Positions 1-10,676 of a stretch of DNA of 64,000 nt are shown one piece after another. How positions within the stretch are numbered: the stretch's first letter is position 1; the number at the start of each line of letters is the position of its first letter. The position numbers were made by a program, and so were the translations under genes. The notes below the pieces were generated by a model. It was not told the DNA's origin, did no database searches, and worked only from the letters and a program-made list of their open reading frames with translations. Source of the stretch: an uncultured virus (IMG/VR IMGVR_UViG_3300021376_000011). Taxonomy: Duplodnaviria > Heunggongvirae > Uroviricota > Caudoviricetes. The DNA lies in IMG/VR virus record IMGVR_UViG_3300021376_000011, one strand, 5' to 3'.

Positions 1-356
1 TTACTATAAAGTTTGTAAGAGTATACGTCGTTTTGTAAAATAATATCTGAATTTCCTAATGTGTTGGTAAACGCCGAGTAACTTAAAGTCCAAGTTAATG
101 CAGAATACGTGTAACCACTGTCATTCACACTATTGTTATACTCAATTAAAGATATCGTATCTCTAACGCAATCAGTGTTTTGTAGCGATGTTGTATTAAT
201 TGTTAGTGCGGTATAAGTTATGGCGGTATTTAAATCTAAAACTAATTCATCATAGTCGTCTTGAGTTTTTGATATTTCATAATCATAGTACTCCGATGAA
301 TCTAATTGTAAATCTAACCTACTACCATAATATTTGAGTATGTTTTGACTATTCAT
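1..356 (-). CDS. Hypothetical protein, runs off the left edge (possibly virion structural)
   Basis: ATG at 356 reads MNSQNILKYYGSRLDLQLDSSEYYDYE... open to the window edge; TATTTATA motif on its sense strand at 364-371. Confidence 0.6.
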   Translation of the reverse strand, partial: MNSQNILKYYGSRLDLQLDSSEYYDYEISKTQDDYDELVLDLNTAITYTALTINTTSLQNTDCVRDTISLIEYNNSVNDSGYTYSALTWTLSYSAFTNTLGNSDIILQNDVYSYKLYS

Positions 357-412
357 GCTATTCTATAAATATCTTTCCTTTCTTTTGATATTTATTATAA
401 AAAGATTATTGC

Positions 413-1171
413 ATGGATAAATACATTAAAAATATTATTGAGGAAACATTTGCATCAAAAAAACAACAAAGATTCTTCTACGCAAAAGCCAATGACAAGT
501 CAACATCAAAGAAGGAAAGAAATAAATGGTCAAAATGGGCTAAAGAATATTCTGACGATACTGACTTTAAAAAAATACCAGAAAAGGTTGAAACCGAGGT
601 AGATGAAATTGTGGACGAAAAGGGTAATGTGGCCAGAAAAAAAATTCCTCTTACCAAAGCAACTAAAGGGGGTTCTCGTTCAATAACCGACAAAGTTGTT
701 AAAACCAGTGCCGGTAGTATGGGTACTCACGGGGTTCACGGTACTCACACATCCTTAAGATATTGGGCCGAATCAGACTTAAGTAAGGCTTTAGGATTTG
801 AAAAAACTTTAGGTCAAGACGAGAATATTGAAGGGGCTTATGAATACTTTGAAGATGATTTAGGTATGAGTGATGATGAAACCGAGGAAAGATTATCTTC
901 TTATGGTTACGATAAAAAATTAAAAGGAGATAAAGTAAGACTTATTGAAAACCCCAAAAAATTTGTAAATGACTATGTTGAAAGTGTTTTGAATAAAAAA
1001 TCAACTCATAGTGATTTAGTAAAAAAAGACCAAACAGAAGATATTGAAGTTGAATTAAGTCCAATCATAAAAAGACAAGTAATGTCTTTAAAAAATACCA
1101 TGTCAAAAAACAATATATCTGTTGAAGATGTGATAAATATTCTTAAAAAAGAAGAAAATACCGGTGAATAA
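413..1171 (+). CDS. Hypothetical phage protein (possible head-packaged protein)
   Basis: 252-aa ORF; N-terminal IIEE-TFASKKQQRFFYA basic motif of the kind seen in T4-like head-associated proteins. Confidence 0.6.
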   Translation: MDKYIKNIIEETFASKKQQRFFYAKANDKSTSKKERNKWSKWAKEYSDDTDFKKIPEKVETEVDEIVDEKGNVARKKIPLTKATKGGSRSITDKVVKTSAGSMGTHGVHGTHTSLRYWAESDLSKALGFEKTLGQDENIEGAYEYFEDDLGMSDDETEERLSSYGYDKKLKGDKVRLIENPKKFVNDYVESVLNKKSTHSDLVKKDQTEDIEVELSPIIKRQVMSLKNTMSKNNISVEDVINILKKEENTGE

Positions 1172-1661
1172 AGAATTAAAAGATAGAATTTTTGATATTC
1201 CACAAGATATTTTAGACAAGATAAACCATACAGTAATCGGTTTAAATGGTGAAAATACGCGAGGTATCGAAAGAGCTAAAAAACTTTTAATCGATAAAAA
1301 AGTAAAATATGGTCAACTGAAAAGAATTATTCACGATATCCAAAATATGGATAAAACAAAAGATAAAACCAAGTATGACTTATGTGGTGGAGACCTAATG
1401 GAAAAATGGGCTAAACAATTTTTACAAGGAGAACGAGATTTAATAAGTGGTAGAAAAGATTCAAGAAAAAAAGCCGATGAAATCACATCAATAACAGGAG
1501 AAAGAAAAAATAGTCATCTCAAAACTCATAAAAAAAGATTTGGTTTTAAAATTCCAACCAATTTAGTTAAAAGTAATTCTCATAAAACAAGTGTATCTCC
1601 ACTCACATCAATGAAATTATTTGAAGAAATAGACAAAATAAAAAAATTAATTAGTTATTAA
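1164..1661 (+). CDS. Hypothetical protein
   Basis: 165-aa ORF overlapping the upstream stop; ends LFEEIDKIKKLI. Confidence 0.6.
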   Translation: MNKELKDRIFDIPQDILDKINHTVIGLNGENTRGIERAKKLLIDKKVKYGQLKRIIHDIQNMDKTKDKTKYDLCGGDLMEKWAKQFLQGERDLISGRKDSRKKADEITSITGERKNSHLKTHKKRFGFKIPTNLVKSNSHKTSVSPLTSMKLFEEIDKIKKLISY

Positions 1662-1662
1662 T

Positions 1663-2325
1663 ATGCCAACACAATTAGAAATAATCGGAGATAGAGAAAG
1701 AAATATTCTCATGTCTAAAAATGAGTACAATCTTGGAGATTTGTATAGTTCAAATAATACTGGAGCGCTGTCAGATGGCGATGAAAGAGGTAAAGGAGAA
1801 TTAAATAATAGTATTGGTTCTAAAACAGATATTGTAGAAAGAACTTCTTTAGTTGCAAAAAATCTTTACGGCCCAACAAATGAATACAGTTCAAATAATG
1901 CCGGCGCGTTATCAGATGGCGATGAAAGAGGTAAAGGAGAGTTAAATAATAGTGTTGGTTCTAAAACAGATATTGTAGAAAGAACTTCTTTAGTTGCAAA
2001 AAATCTTTACGGCCCAACAAATGAATACAGTAGTGGTAACCCCAATGCACTATCAGATGGCGATGAAAGAGGTAAAGGAGAATTAAATAATAGTATTGGT
2101 TCTAAAACAGATATTGTAGAAAGAAACGGTCTTTTGTCTAAAAACATTTATAATAATTCTTTTGAATATTCTTCGGGCAACCCTAACGCCTTATCAGATG
2201 GCGACGAGAAAGGTAGAGGAGAAAACAATACGGGTGGAGTTGGTACCTTAACAGATATTAACGAAAGAACGACTTTAGGCGCTAAAAACAAATACGGTAG
2301 TACAAAAACTTACCCCGATTTTTAA
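1663..2325 (+). CDS. Tandem-repeat protein (47-aa repeats)
   Basis: Four copies of ALSDGDERGKGE...GSKTDIVER...KN.Y. Confidence 0.75.
   Translation: MPTQLEIIGDRERNILMSKNEYNLGDLYSSNNTGALSDGDERGKGELNNSIGSKTDIVERTSLVAKNLYGPTNEYSSNNAGALSDGDERGKGELNNSVGSKTDIVERTSLVAKNLYGPTNEYSSGNPNALSDGDERGKGELNNSIGSKTDIVERNGLLSKNIYNNSFEYSSGNPNALSDGDEKGRGENNTGGVGTLTDINERTTLGAKNKYGSTKTYPDF
1771..2225 (+). repeat. 141-bp intragenic tandem repeat
   Basis: tcagatggcga recurs at 1771, 1912, 2053 and 2194 (period 141 bp). Confidence 0.9.
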
Positions 2326-3179
2326 TGATAAAATTTCAATCAATATTAACAAACATTTTATCCGAAGCGCCTACAAGAAGTACACAAAAAACCCTTGAAA
2401 ACGCAATCAAAAATAGAATGCCTGTGTCTTTTGATTATAGAGGACCCAAAGGAGAGGTTCAACCTGGTAGAAGAATCAAAACGGAATTAGTTGCATCGGG
2501 ATTAACAAAAAAAGGAAATTTAGCGGTAAGGGGTTATGTTAAACCACCATCAGTATCTAAAAAAGGATTTAGAAAACATGGATGGAGAACATTTATTATA
2601 GATAGAATATCGTCAGGTTCAATCCAAGTTTATGAGGATGAACAATTCAATCAGAAAAGACCCGGATATAAAGAAGGTGATGATAATAGTTTTTCTACAA
2701 CATATGTTACAAGTGATTGGGGAGCAATGAAACAACCCCAACAAACAAAACCAACACCATCACCAGAACCAAAAAGAAAAGAAGAACCCAAAAAACAAGA
2801 ACTACCACAACCAAAACCAAAAGAAAAACCATCCACTGTCCCTGTTGAAACACCAAAAAGAGAAGTTGAGGTTTTCAATGATTTAAAAACAAAGGTTAAA
2901 GTTGTTGACAATATCAAACAAATTAGTCCTGAAGAATTTAAAACCGCCATTGAAGATTTATACAAAAAGAAAATGGACGATTGGAAAAAATCTCAAGTAG
3001 ATATTGGGGGAAATTTAAACGCTGGCGAAGGTACGAGAAGAAGAATTGAAAAAGACTCGGAATTAGATTTAGATAGATTATTAAAACAAGATAACATTAA
3101 AGTTATTGAACCCCCATCAGAAGAAACTGTTGAGTTACAAGAACAATTAAAAAGAATCAAGACTTTAATTTTGTTTTAA
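2325..3179 (+). CDS. WYL-like domain protein with Pro/Lys-rich linker
   Basis: AIKNRMPVSFDY...GRR...GNLAVRGY...GWRTFIIDRI resembles the WYL core. Confidence 0.6.
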   Translation: MIKFQSILTNILSEAPTRSTQKTLENAIKNRMPVSFDYRGPKGEVQPGRRIKTELVASGLTKKGNLAVRGYVKPPSVSKKGFRKHGWRTFIIDRISSGSIQVYEDEQFNQKRPGYKEGDDNSFSTTYVTSDWGAMKQPQQTKPTPSPEPKRKEEPKKQELPQPKPKEKPSTVPVETPKREVEVFNDLKTKVKVVDNIKQISPEEFKTAIEDLYKKKMDDWKKSQVDIGGNLNAGEGTRRRIEKDSELDLDRLLKQDNIKVIEPPSEETVELQEQLKRIKTLILF

Positions 3180-3206
3180 AAATACTTATTTTATAAAAAA
3201 ATCAAT

Positions 3207-3788
3207 ATGGAAAAAACAGGACAAGGCGTAATATCACAAAATGATTTAATGCAAAGATTAGTGCAAGCCAAAAAAGTGTTGAACAAAGTTGAGACTGGTG
3301 ACTTTGAAACAGGTAATGTTAATGAAGAAATACTAAGAAGTAACCCTGAAGATATTTTATCGTCAACAACTCAAAACCTACAAGTAAGACAACCACAACA
3401 ACCAAATTTACAAAAAATACAAGAATCTAAATTACCCGAAGTAATCAAAAGAGCGATGATTGAAAATCCAATACCACAAATTAGTTTATCGGATTCTTTA
3501 GATTTAAACTTTGTCGAAAAAACAAAAAAACTAATGGAATCAGAGGGTGTTGTCACAAAAAAATCTACACAACAAAGGAGTTCACAAGTAGATAGTTCAG
3601 ATTTGGTTAAACAACTTACACCAATAATTGAAAACATTGTAAGAAAAACTGTAGTCGAAATAATGGATTCCAAACTTAATCAAATTTTAACAGCGCAACA
3701 AACCATGAGTATTAATGAAAATTTAGTATTAAAGGTTGGTGATTCCGTCTTTAAAGGTAAAATTACAGGGGTAAATAAATCTAAGTAA
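3207..3788 (+). CDS. Hypothetical protein
   Basis: 193-aa ORF in the co-directional run. Confidence 0.6.
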   Translation: MEKTGQGVISQNDLMQRLVQAKKVLNKVETGDFETGNVNEEILRSNPEDILSSTTQNLQVRQPQQPNLQKIQESKLPEVIKRAMIENPIPQISLSDSLDLNFVEKTKKLMESEGVVTKKSTQQRSSQVDSSDLVKQLTPIIENIVRKTVVEIMDSKLNQILTAQQTMSINENLVLKVGDSVFKGKITGVNKSK

Positions 3789-3840
3789 GTTTGACTTTTT
3801 CAATTTCTTTTCTTATAATTTATAAAAAGAAAAGATTTGA

Positions 3841-5061
3841 ATGTCAAAAATTAAAATTTTAGCAATACCCCCCGATACACATGGTGTAGGTAAATATAGA
3901 ATATTAGACCCATATAAATTTATTGGAGACCATTATAGTGACGAATTTCATGTCGACATTACATTCTCTGCTGAAAACAACGATAATTTCTTTAAGAACT
4001 ACGATATTGTGGTCTTCCACAGTTTTATCCATCAAACGAGTCACGAAGAAAATATTTCAAGAATTAAGTGGTTAAAATCTCAGGGTATTAAAACCGTAAT
4101 GGATATTGATGACCATTGGTCTCCCGACCACAGACACCCAATGTATTTTCACATTAGAGAAAGTGAGCTACCAAAGAAAAAAGCTGACATGATGAAAGAG
4201 TCGGACTACGTTACGTGTACGACTGAATATTTTGCCGATACTTTAAGAAAAAGATTAAATTTAAAAAATGTTTTAGTATTCCCTAACGCAATCGACCCAA
4301 ATGAGAGCCAATTTAAACCTAAACCCACACAATCAGATAGACTTAGATTTGGGTGGCTTGGAGGTTCAACCCACTTACATGATTTAGAACAAATTAGAGG
4401 TGGAATTTCAATGATTAATAATGAATACGATAATATTCAATTTGTCTTGTGTGGTTACGATTTAAGGGGTTCTATTACTGAGGTAAATCAACAAACAGGT
4501 GAAAAAAAAACACGACAAATTCAACCCACGGAAACGGTTTGGTACAAATACGAACAAATATTTACGGACAATTACAAAACAATTGACTCTGAGTATAAAT
4601 CATATTTAATGAATTTTACACAAACACCAGAAATTGACGATAGTGATAAAAAATATAGAAGAGTTTGGACACAACCAATTGGAAAATATGGTTATAATTA
4701 TAACTTATTTGATGTATCTTTAGCACCAATTATACCCTCACAATTCAACTCCTGTAAATCACAGTTAAAAATAATCGAGGCGGGTTTCCATAAAAAACCT
4801 ATTATTGCAAGTGAAACATTGCCCTATACGATTGATTTAAAAACAGCATACAAAGAAGGTAAGTTGTTAGATAACGGTAACGCTTTATTAGTACATGAAA
4901 ACAAAAACCATAAACTGTGGTCAAAGTATATGAAATTATTAATAAATAATCCAAATATGGTTGAAGATTTGGGTAATAGATTATACGAGACAGTGAAAGA
5001 CAAATACTCTTTAGTAACAGTTTCAAAAAACAGAACAGAATTTTTCAAATCAATAATTTAA
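3841..5061 (+). CDS. Glycosyltransferase (GT-B/GT4-like)
   Basis: GVGKYR, MDIDDHW, GWLGGSTH, DVSLAP...KSQLKIIEAG...PIIAS motifs. Confidence 0.8.
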   Translation: MSKIKILAIPPDTHGVGKYRILDPYKFIGDHYSDEFHVDITFSAENNDNFFKNYDIVVFHSFIHQTSHEENISRIKWLKSQGIKTVMDIDDHWSPDHRHPMYFHIRESELPKKKADMMKESDYVTCTTEYFADTLRKRLNLKNVLVFPNAIDPNESQFKPKPTQSDRLRFGWLGGSTHLHDLEQIRGGISMINNEYDNIQFVLCGYDLRGSITEVNQQTGEKKTRQIQPTETVWYKYEQIFTDNYKTIDSEYKSYLMNFTQTPEIDDSDKKYRRVWTQPIGKYGYNYNLFDVSLAPIIPSQFNSCKSQLKIIEAGFHKKPIIASETLPYTIDLKTAYKEGKLLDNGNALLVHENKNHKLWSKYMKLLINNPNMVEDLGNRLYETVKDKYSLVTVSKNRTEFFKSII

Positions 5062-5073
5062 AAACAAAAAACC

Positions 5074-5307
5074 ATGCATTATTTAGTAACAGTAGGTTAT
5101 GAAACCGAAAATTTAGACAGAAACGGTAATTCAAGATTGCAAAAAGTTAAGTACATTGTAGAAGCTGAGTCGGTTGAAGAAGCAACTTTGGTTGTTTCAA
5201 AGTACAGAGCCGGAGACACGAGGTCTTCAGAAAGTTTGGCGATTGTAAAGATGCCAATCGAATGTATTATTGACCCACAAAATACTCCTGAGTACTTTAA
5301 AAAATAA
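5074..5307 (+). CDS. Small hypothetical protein
   Basis: 77-aa ORF with KYIVEAESVEEA motif. Confidence 0.6.
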   Translation: MHYLVTVGYETENLDRNGNSRLQKVKYIVEAESVEEATLVVSKYRAGDTRSSESLAIVKMPIECIIDPQNTPEYFKK

Positions 5308-5312
5308 TTAAA

Positions 5313-5879
5313 ATGTTAACCGCAGAGCAAATAGAGTCAAACAAGAAAAAGTTTCTTGAAACAAACTCGAAATATAAAATTTTTACAGAAGAGTTGTTAG
5401 ACTTTTTGGGTAATGACTTTTTTTTAGCACCAGCTTCCACATCTTTAGACATGTATGGGTGTTTTCCAGGTGGATTATTGGGTCATTGTTTTAAAGCCGC
5501 GAAGTATTCGGTTAAAACCAATGAACTACTCCCTGAAACAATGAGGGTAGAAACGTCTTCTATTTTGAAGTGTATATTTTTATCACAGATTGGTAAAACT
5601 TTTATGTTTAAACCAAACCCAAGTGAATGGCATAGAAAAAACCTTGGTAAAATGTACGAATTCAACGAACAGGAAGTTTCAATGAAATCAGGTGAAAGGG
5701 CAATATATTATGCGGTAAACAACGGGGTAAAATTATCAGAAGACGAATTCCAATCAATCATGAACTCGGATAAAGAATCGGATGATAAAATGGCTAAGTA
5801 TCGTTCTGGTACTTTATCTAATGTAATAAGAGTCGGTTTTGAACTATCAATATTAGAAGAAAAAAATGGACAAAAATGA
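5313..5879 (+). CDS. Degenerate HD-domain-like protein
   Basis: FFLAPAS...GCFPGGLLGH...LSQIGK; the usual His/Asp ligands look substituted. Confidence 0.5.
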   Translation: MLTAEQIESNKKKFLETNSKYKIFTEELLDFLGNDFFLAPASTSLDMYGCFPGGLLGHCFKAAKYSVKTNELLPETMRVETSSILKCIFLSQIGKTFMFKPNPSEWHRKNLGKMYEFNEQEVSMKSGERAIYYAVNNGVKLSEDEFQSIMNSDKESDDKMAKYRSGTLSNVIRVGFELSILEEKNGQK

Positions 5880-6465
5880 AATTGAGTCGTATATTAAACG
5901 ACTCCAAGAATTAGAAAAAGAAATCCTTAACGATAACTCCGATGATACGTCAATTATGGGAGACTTAAATAATTTGTTATTTAGTCTTGGTGATGATATC
6001 AAAAATCAAGTTGAGGAACAAGTTAATCGATTTGAAGTAAAAGTTAAAAAATTACATCCTGACGCAGTGATTCCCAAATACGCAAAAGATGGAGACGCGG
6101 GAATGGATTTAGTTGCAACATCAATCTTATCGGAAACCACAACTCATGTTACTTATGGTACAGGAATCTCTATTGAAATTCCAAAAGGTTTTGTTGGGTT
6201 AATATTTCCTCGCTCATCTATTAGAAAATATGATTTATCATTAACAAATTGTGTCGGTGTAGTTGATAGTGGATATAGGGGGGAATTACAAGCAACATTC
6301 AAAAAATCTAATTGGTTAAAAGGAAATGAATCTGAAAAATATCAAATCGGTGATAGGATTGTTCAAATAATGATAATTCCATATCCTTCAGTCACTTTTG
6401 TTTGGGTAGACGAATTATCTCAAACAGACAGGGGGGAAGGGGGGTTTGGTTCTACGGGTTCATAA
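5866..6465 (+). CDS. dut: dUTPase (trimeric type) with N-terminal extension
   Basis: GDAGMDL, PRSS, GVVDSGYRGE, GDRIVQ and DRGEGGFGSTG motifs. Confidence 0.95.
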   Translation: MDKNEIESYIKRLQELEKEILNDNSDDTSIMGDLNNLLFSLGDDIKNQVEEQVNRFEVKVKKLHPDAVIPKYAKDGDAGMDLVATSILSETTTHVTYGTGISIEIPKGFVGLIFPRSSIRKYDLSLTNCVGVVDSGYRGELQATFKKSNWLKGNESEKYQIGDRIVQIMIIPYPSVTFVWVDELSQTDRGEGGFGSTGS

Positions 6466-6488
6466 TAATTTTATTAAAAAAAACTGAA

Positions 6489-7205
6489 TTGAGAAAATCA
6501 ACAATAAAAACCGTAAATGTAGTGGAAGATAAAAAAACATCTAAAAAAGATAGAATTAGGCAAATTATAAAACAACCTAAAGAAAAATTTCTTAACAAAA
6601 ATCAAGAAAATTATTGGAAAACTTTAGGTGAAAATGAAATAACATTTTGTTTTGGACCCGCCGGTGTTGGTAAATCTTATATTGCAATGAAAAGGGCTGT
6701 TGATTTACTTTGGGACGAAAATAATAAATATGAAAAAATTATTATCGTTAGGCCAGCGGTCGAAGCGGAGGAAAAATTAGGTTCACTACCCGGTGGATTA
6801 GAAGAAAAACTAGACCCATACATCTATCCTTCATACTATTTACTAAATAAAATAATAGGTAAAGAGGCAAGAGAAAAATTAAAAGATGAAGGGTTTATTG
6901 AAATTGCCGCATTGGCTTATATGAGAGGATGGAATGTTGACAATACAATTTTAGTCTTCGAAGAGGCTCAAAACACAACCCCGTCCCAAATGAAACTTTT
7001 ATTGACCCGTATTGGGTTTAATTCAAAATTTTTTATTTCGGGAGATTTAGAACAATCAGACAAATTTAAAGACAAAACAAAAACCGGATTATACGACGCA
7101 AAAGTAAGACTTGGTGATTTAAAAAACATCGGTGTATTTGAATTTAGTAATGAGGATATTGTTAGAAATCCAATTATTACTCAAATCTTAAAAATGTACG
7201 ATTAA
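6489..7205 (+). CDS. phoH: PhoH-like ATPase
   Basis: GPAGVGKS, RPAVEAEEKLGSLPG, AYMRG, EEAQN, GDLEQSD, DIVRNP; TTG at 6489 preferred over the 6402 start that overlaps dut. Confidence 0.92.
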   Translation: MRKSTIKTVNVVEDKKTSKKDRIRQIIKQPKEKFLNKNQENYWKTLGENEITFCFGPAGVGKSYIAMKRAVDLLWDENNKYEKIIIVRPAVEAEEKLGSLPGGLEEKLDPYIYPSYYLLNKIIGKEAREKLKDEGFIEIAALAYMRGWNVDNTILVFEEAQNTTPSQMKLLLTRIGFNSKFFISGDLEQSDKFKDKTKTGLYDAKVRLGDLKNIGVFEFSNEDIVRNPIITQILKMYD

Positions 7206-7242
7206 ACTTTACTTATAAAATTTTATAAATTATATTTCCTAT

Positions 7243-7923
7243 ATGGAAATATTTGTTGGTATTGATGGTGTTTTAAGAAATACAATACAGAAATTTGATT
7301 ACCATTATAGAGATTATTTTTTAAACACCGAAACATGTGAGGAAGAAAAGTTTGATTATGGTGTAAATGGTGTGCCAATATCTATTGAAAATTTGTTAAG
7401 TACCTACAATTTTCAATCAATCGATGAATTTAATAAATTTTTATATTTTGATTTCCCAATTGAAATATATGGACACGCCGGTTTGAGTTATAATCAAGCA
7501 GCCACTGAATTAAACAAATTAATTTTTGAAAATAAAAACCACAAAATAACCTTAGTTGGTTTAAGCGAAAAGGGTAAAGCAAAACCCGCCACACTCTTTT
7601 TTCTTTCAAAAAATGGTATTATATGTGATAATATCATTTTTTCAACGACTGGAGAAATAAAAAAATTATGGAAAAAATGTGATTTATGGATAACGGATGA
7701 TATAAATGTTGTTTCACAATGTCCAATACACAAAAAAGTTATAAAATTTAATACCTTTTATAATAATAACTTTACAAATAAACTACAAATAAATAAATTA
7801 TCAGAAATAAATAAAACATGGTTGAAATTTTCGGTAAAAACTATTATATCGATGTTGATAGAATCAGTGACAAATGTCAAACGGGTAATCAAATTCAAAA
7901 TGAGGACGGAATCACAACATTAG
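7243..7923 (+). CDS. HAD-like 5'-nucleotidase-related protein
   Basis: N-terminal IFVGIDGVLRN and later LWITDD; the first catalytic Asp appears missing. Confidence 0.55.
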   Translation: MEIFVGIDGVLRNTIQKFDYHYRDYFLNTETCEEEKFDYGVNGVPISIENLLSTYNFQSIDEFNKFLYFDFPIEIYGHAGLSYNQAATELNKLIFENKNHKITLVGLSEKGKAKPATLFFLSKNGIICDNIIFSTTGEIKKLWKKCDLWITDDINVVSQCPIHKKVIKFNTFYNNNFTNKLQINKLSEINKTWLKFSVKTIISMLIESVTNVKRVIKFKMRTESQH

Positions 7924-8099
7924 AAATAAACCTATTTAAATATGAGATTATTAAAAGTTGTATTGAGAGAATACTAAATGAGTTTGATGAAGTAGATGAA
8001 GAATTGGGTGAATTTGGCCAAAGTAGTTTATCAACATCTTTTAAAATTGCTTTTAATACTCTAATAAAATATGACATACTAATATCAGAAGATGAATAA
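7818..8099 (+). CDS. Hypothetical protein
   Basis: 93-aa ORF overlapping the next gene's start. Confidence 0.55.
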   Translation: MVEIFGKNYYIDVDRISDKCQTGNQIQNEDGITTLEINLFKYEIIKSCIERILNEFDEVDEELGEFGQSSLSTSFKIAFNTLIKYDILISEDE

Positions 8100-9177
8100 C
8101 AAAGAAAATATAGAAAAATTATCGGTTGCTTTAGAAAAACTAAAAACCAAAACCAACACCATATATTTTTTGGTGTACGATACAAAAAAGAATCCAAGAG
8201 CGTCAGTAAAGCATATTTACGACATCGCTTTAACTTTAAAACAAAGTGGGTATAATTCAAAATTACTTGTTGAAGATAAAACATATTCAGGAGTGAATTC
8301 TTGGTTGGGTGACAATTACTCCGAATTAGAAATTGTAACAATTAAAGACGACCGAGTTGAAATCAAAATTGAAGATGTTATTATTGTTCCTGAGTACTAT
8401 TCGAACGTGTTGGAATCTATGACCAATATTAGATGTGTAAAAGTCATGTTAGTTCAACAAAAAGAATACATTTTTGAAACATTACCAATTGGTAGTAGAT
8501 GGTCCGATTACGGATTTGATAGGGTAATCACAACTACTAAATTTTCTAAAAAATATATTAGTGAGATTTTTCCCGAGTCTCTGGTGCATATTATTCCTCC
8601 AATTATAGGTGATGAATTTAAGGTTAATGATAAAAATACAAAACCAATTATTTCTATAATGTGCAAAGACAGGTCAACAAACAAGAGAATTATATCTGAA
8701 TTTTATATTAGATACCCACACTTGAGGTGGTTGACGTTTAGAGACATGGTTAATATGTCTTATCAAGAATTTGCTGATAACCTGAGAGAGTGTATTGTTT
8801 CAGTATGGGTAGATGAAGATTCCACATTTGGGACCTTCCCATTAGAATCGATGAAATCGGGAGTACCCGTAATCGGTAAGATACCAAAGAATGAACCAGA
8901 TTGGTTAAGTGAAAATGGTATGTGGACATATGACGATTCAAAAATTGTTGAAATCCTCGGAACATATATTAACGCTTGGTTGGAGGGTGTTGAAATTAAT
9001 GATGATATCAAAAATAAAATGAAAGACACGTTGTTGCCATATGAATCAGATATTACAAAAAGTAACATATTAAATATTTTTGATTCATTTATAAATAAAA
9101 GAATTGATGTAATAGAACAAGCAATAAATAAAATAAAAGAAGAATTTAATAAATCAACTAAAGAAGAGGTATCATGA
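8092..9177 (+). CDS. Glycosyltransferase-like protein (GT-B)
   Basis: DVIIVPEYY and STFGTFPLESMKSGVPVIG motifs. Confidence 0.7.
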   Translation: MNNKENIEKLSVALEKLKTKTNTIYFLVYDTKKNPRASVKHIYDIALTLKQSGYNSKLLVEDKTYSGVNSWLGDNYSELEIVTIKDDRVEIKIEDVIIVPEYYSNVLESMTNIRCVKVMLVQQKEYIFETLPIGSRWSDYGFDRVITTTKFSKKYISEIFPESLVHIIPPIIGDEFKVNDKNTKPIISIMCKDRSTNKRIISEFYIRYPHLRWLTFRDMVNMSYQEFADNLRECIVSVWVDEDSTFGTFPLESMKSGVPVIGKIPKNEPDWLSENGMWTYDDSKIVEILGTYINAWLEGVEINDDIKNKMKDTLLPYESDITKSNILNIFDSFINKRIDVIEQAINKIKEEFNKSTKEEVS

Positions 9178-9953
9178 AAGACATATCAATAATTTTACCC
9201 ATTCATAAATGGGATGAGGAATATGAAACGATGTTTAGAAACGCGTTCAGTTCAGCCGAACAATTTTATAACGATGTAAAGTTGATAATTGTTGGGCCAC
9301 CAAGTGTTGTTTCAAAAATAAACATTGAACAATCTAATTTGGAGTATAAAATAATGGAAAACAGTGGTGAACAAGATTTTTGTTCACAGATTAATCTAGG
9401 TATCACAAATTGTGACACAGAGTGGTTTTCTATTTTGGAAGTTGATGATGAATATCACAAAAATTGGTTAACATTAGTAAACTCATACAGAAAAGAAAAC
9501 CCTGAAGTTGGGGCTTTTTTAAGTTTAGTAAAAGATATCAATGTTGAAGGAAAGTTTTTAAGTTACACCAATGAATCAACTTGGGCCTATGGATTTACAG
9601 ATAAACAGGGATTCTTAGATAATGAAGCTTTATTAGAATACCAAAACTTTCAAATTAATGGTGGCCTATACAAAACATCTGTTATAACAGAGTATGGTAA
9701 ATTAAAATCAAACATCAAACTAACATTTGGTTATGAATTTTTATTAAGGTTAACACATAACAATGTGAATGTCATGACGATTCCGAGATTAGGATACCAA
9801 CACGTAAACTTTAGAGAGGATTCTTTATTTTGGAATTATAAAAATTCAGAAAAAATGAGACTTTCACAAGAAGAGGTTAAATTTTGGTTAAACACAGCAA
9901 AAAAAGAGTTTTTCTTCAAAAACGTAAGAGATATAAATTATGTAGAAAATTAA
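9174..9953 (+). CDS. Glycosyltransferase family 2-like
   Basis: DISIILPIH, INLGI...EWFSILEVDD. Confidence 0.75.
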   Translation: MKDISIILPIHKWDEEYETMFRNAFSSAEQFYNDVKLIIVGPPSVVSKINIEQSNLEYKIMENSGEQDFCSQINLGITNCDTEWFSILEVDDEYHKNWLTLVNSYRKENPEVGAFLSLVKDINVEGKFLSYTNESTWAYGFTDKQGFLDNEALLEYQNFQINGGLYKTSVITEYGKLKSNIKLTFGYEFLLRLTHNNVNVMTIPRLGYQHVNFREDSLFWNYKNSEKMRLSQEEVKFWLNTAKKEFFFKNVRDINYVEN

Positions 9954-9956
9954 TAT

Positions 9957-10655
9957 ATGCCGCGTAAACGAACCCAAAAAATATATTTTGGGGAGGAACA
10001 AGAAAAAGCGGTTGTAAGATACTTAGAATCCGAATCCGAAACAGAAAAGAATAAGATATTCAACGAATATTTAAGAGAACCTCTCACAATAATGGTCGAA
10101 AGCATAATTCGACGTTATAAATTATATAGAAAAGATTTTGAATTTGTGGACATACACGCAGATACAATGTCTTTTTTAATGACGAAGATTAATAAATTTG
10201 ACCATACAAAAAACCATAAAGCTTATTCTTATTTTGGTACTATTTGTAAAAACTACTTAATGGGTGCAATTCAAAGGGACGCTAAAGAAATGAATCGAAG
10301 CGTTTCTTACGATGATATCTCATCCGATTTAGAGGAAAGTGCAGAGCATTCTTATTACATTGATGAATATCATATTGATTACAAAGATGTTATAATAAAA
10401 TTTATAATTGAATTAGAAACCTTTATAGAGACAGAAGAATTGAATGATAATGAACAGAAAATAGGGTATGCTTTAATTGAGATTTTTAGCAACTTTGAAA
10501 AAATATTCCAAATAGGTGAAGGAAATAAATTCAATAAAAATTTAATTCTATTATCATTAAGAGAAATGACATCATTATCAACAAAAGAAATCAGAATCTC
10601 TCTAAAGAGATATAAAAAAGTTTACGAAGGAATCATGGTAAGATTCGTAAATTAA
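9957..10655 (+). CDS. Phage late-transcription sigma factor (gp55-like)
   Basis: KINKFDHTKNHKAYSYFGTICKNYL resembles sigma region 2 of T4-like gp55 proteins. Confidence 0.65.
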   Translation: MPRKRTQKIYFGEEQEKAVVRYLESESETEKNKIFNEYLREPLTIMVESIIRRYKLYRKDFEFVDIHADTMSFLMTKINKFDHTKNHKAYSYFGTICKNYLMGAIQRDAKEMNRSVSYDDISSDLEESAEHSYYIDEYHIDYKDVIIKFIIELETFIETEELNDNEQKIGYALIEIFSNFEKIFQIGEGNKFNKNLILLSLREMTSLSTKEIRISLKRYKKVYEGIMVRFVN

Positions 10656-10676
10656 CTATTTCTCTATTTATATATT

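Noticed and set aside
7818..7923. 106-bp overlap between the nucleotidase-like gene and the next ORF as programmed frameshifting
   Set aside because: No clear slippery site or stimulatory structure; a simple C-terminal run-on explains it
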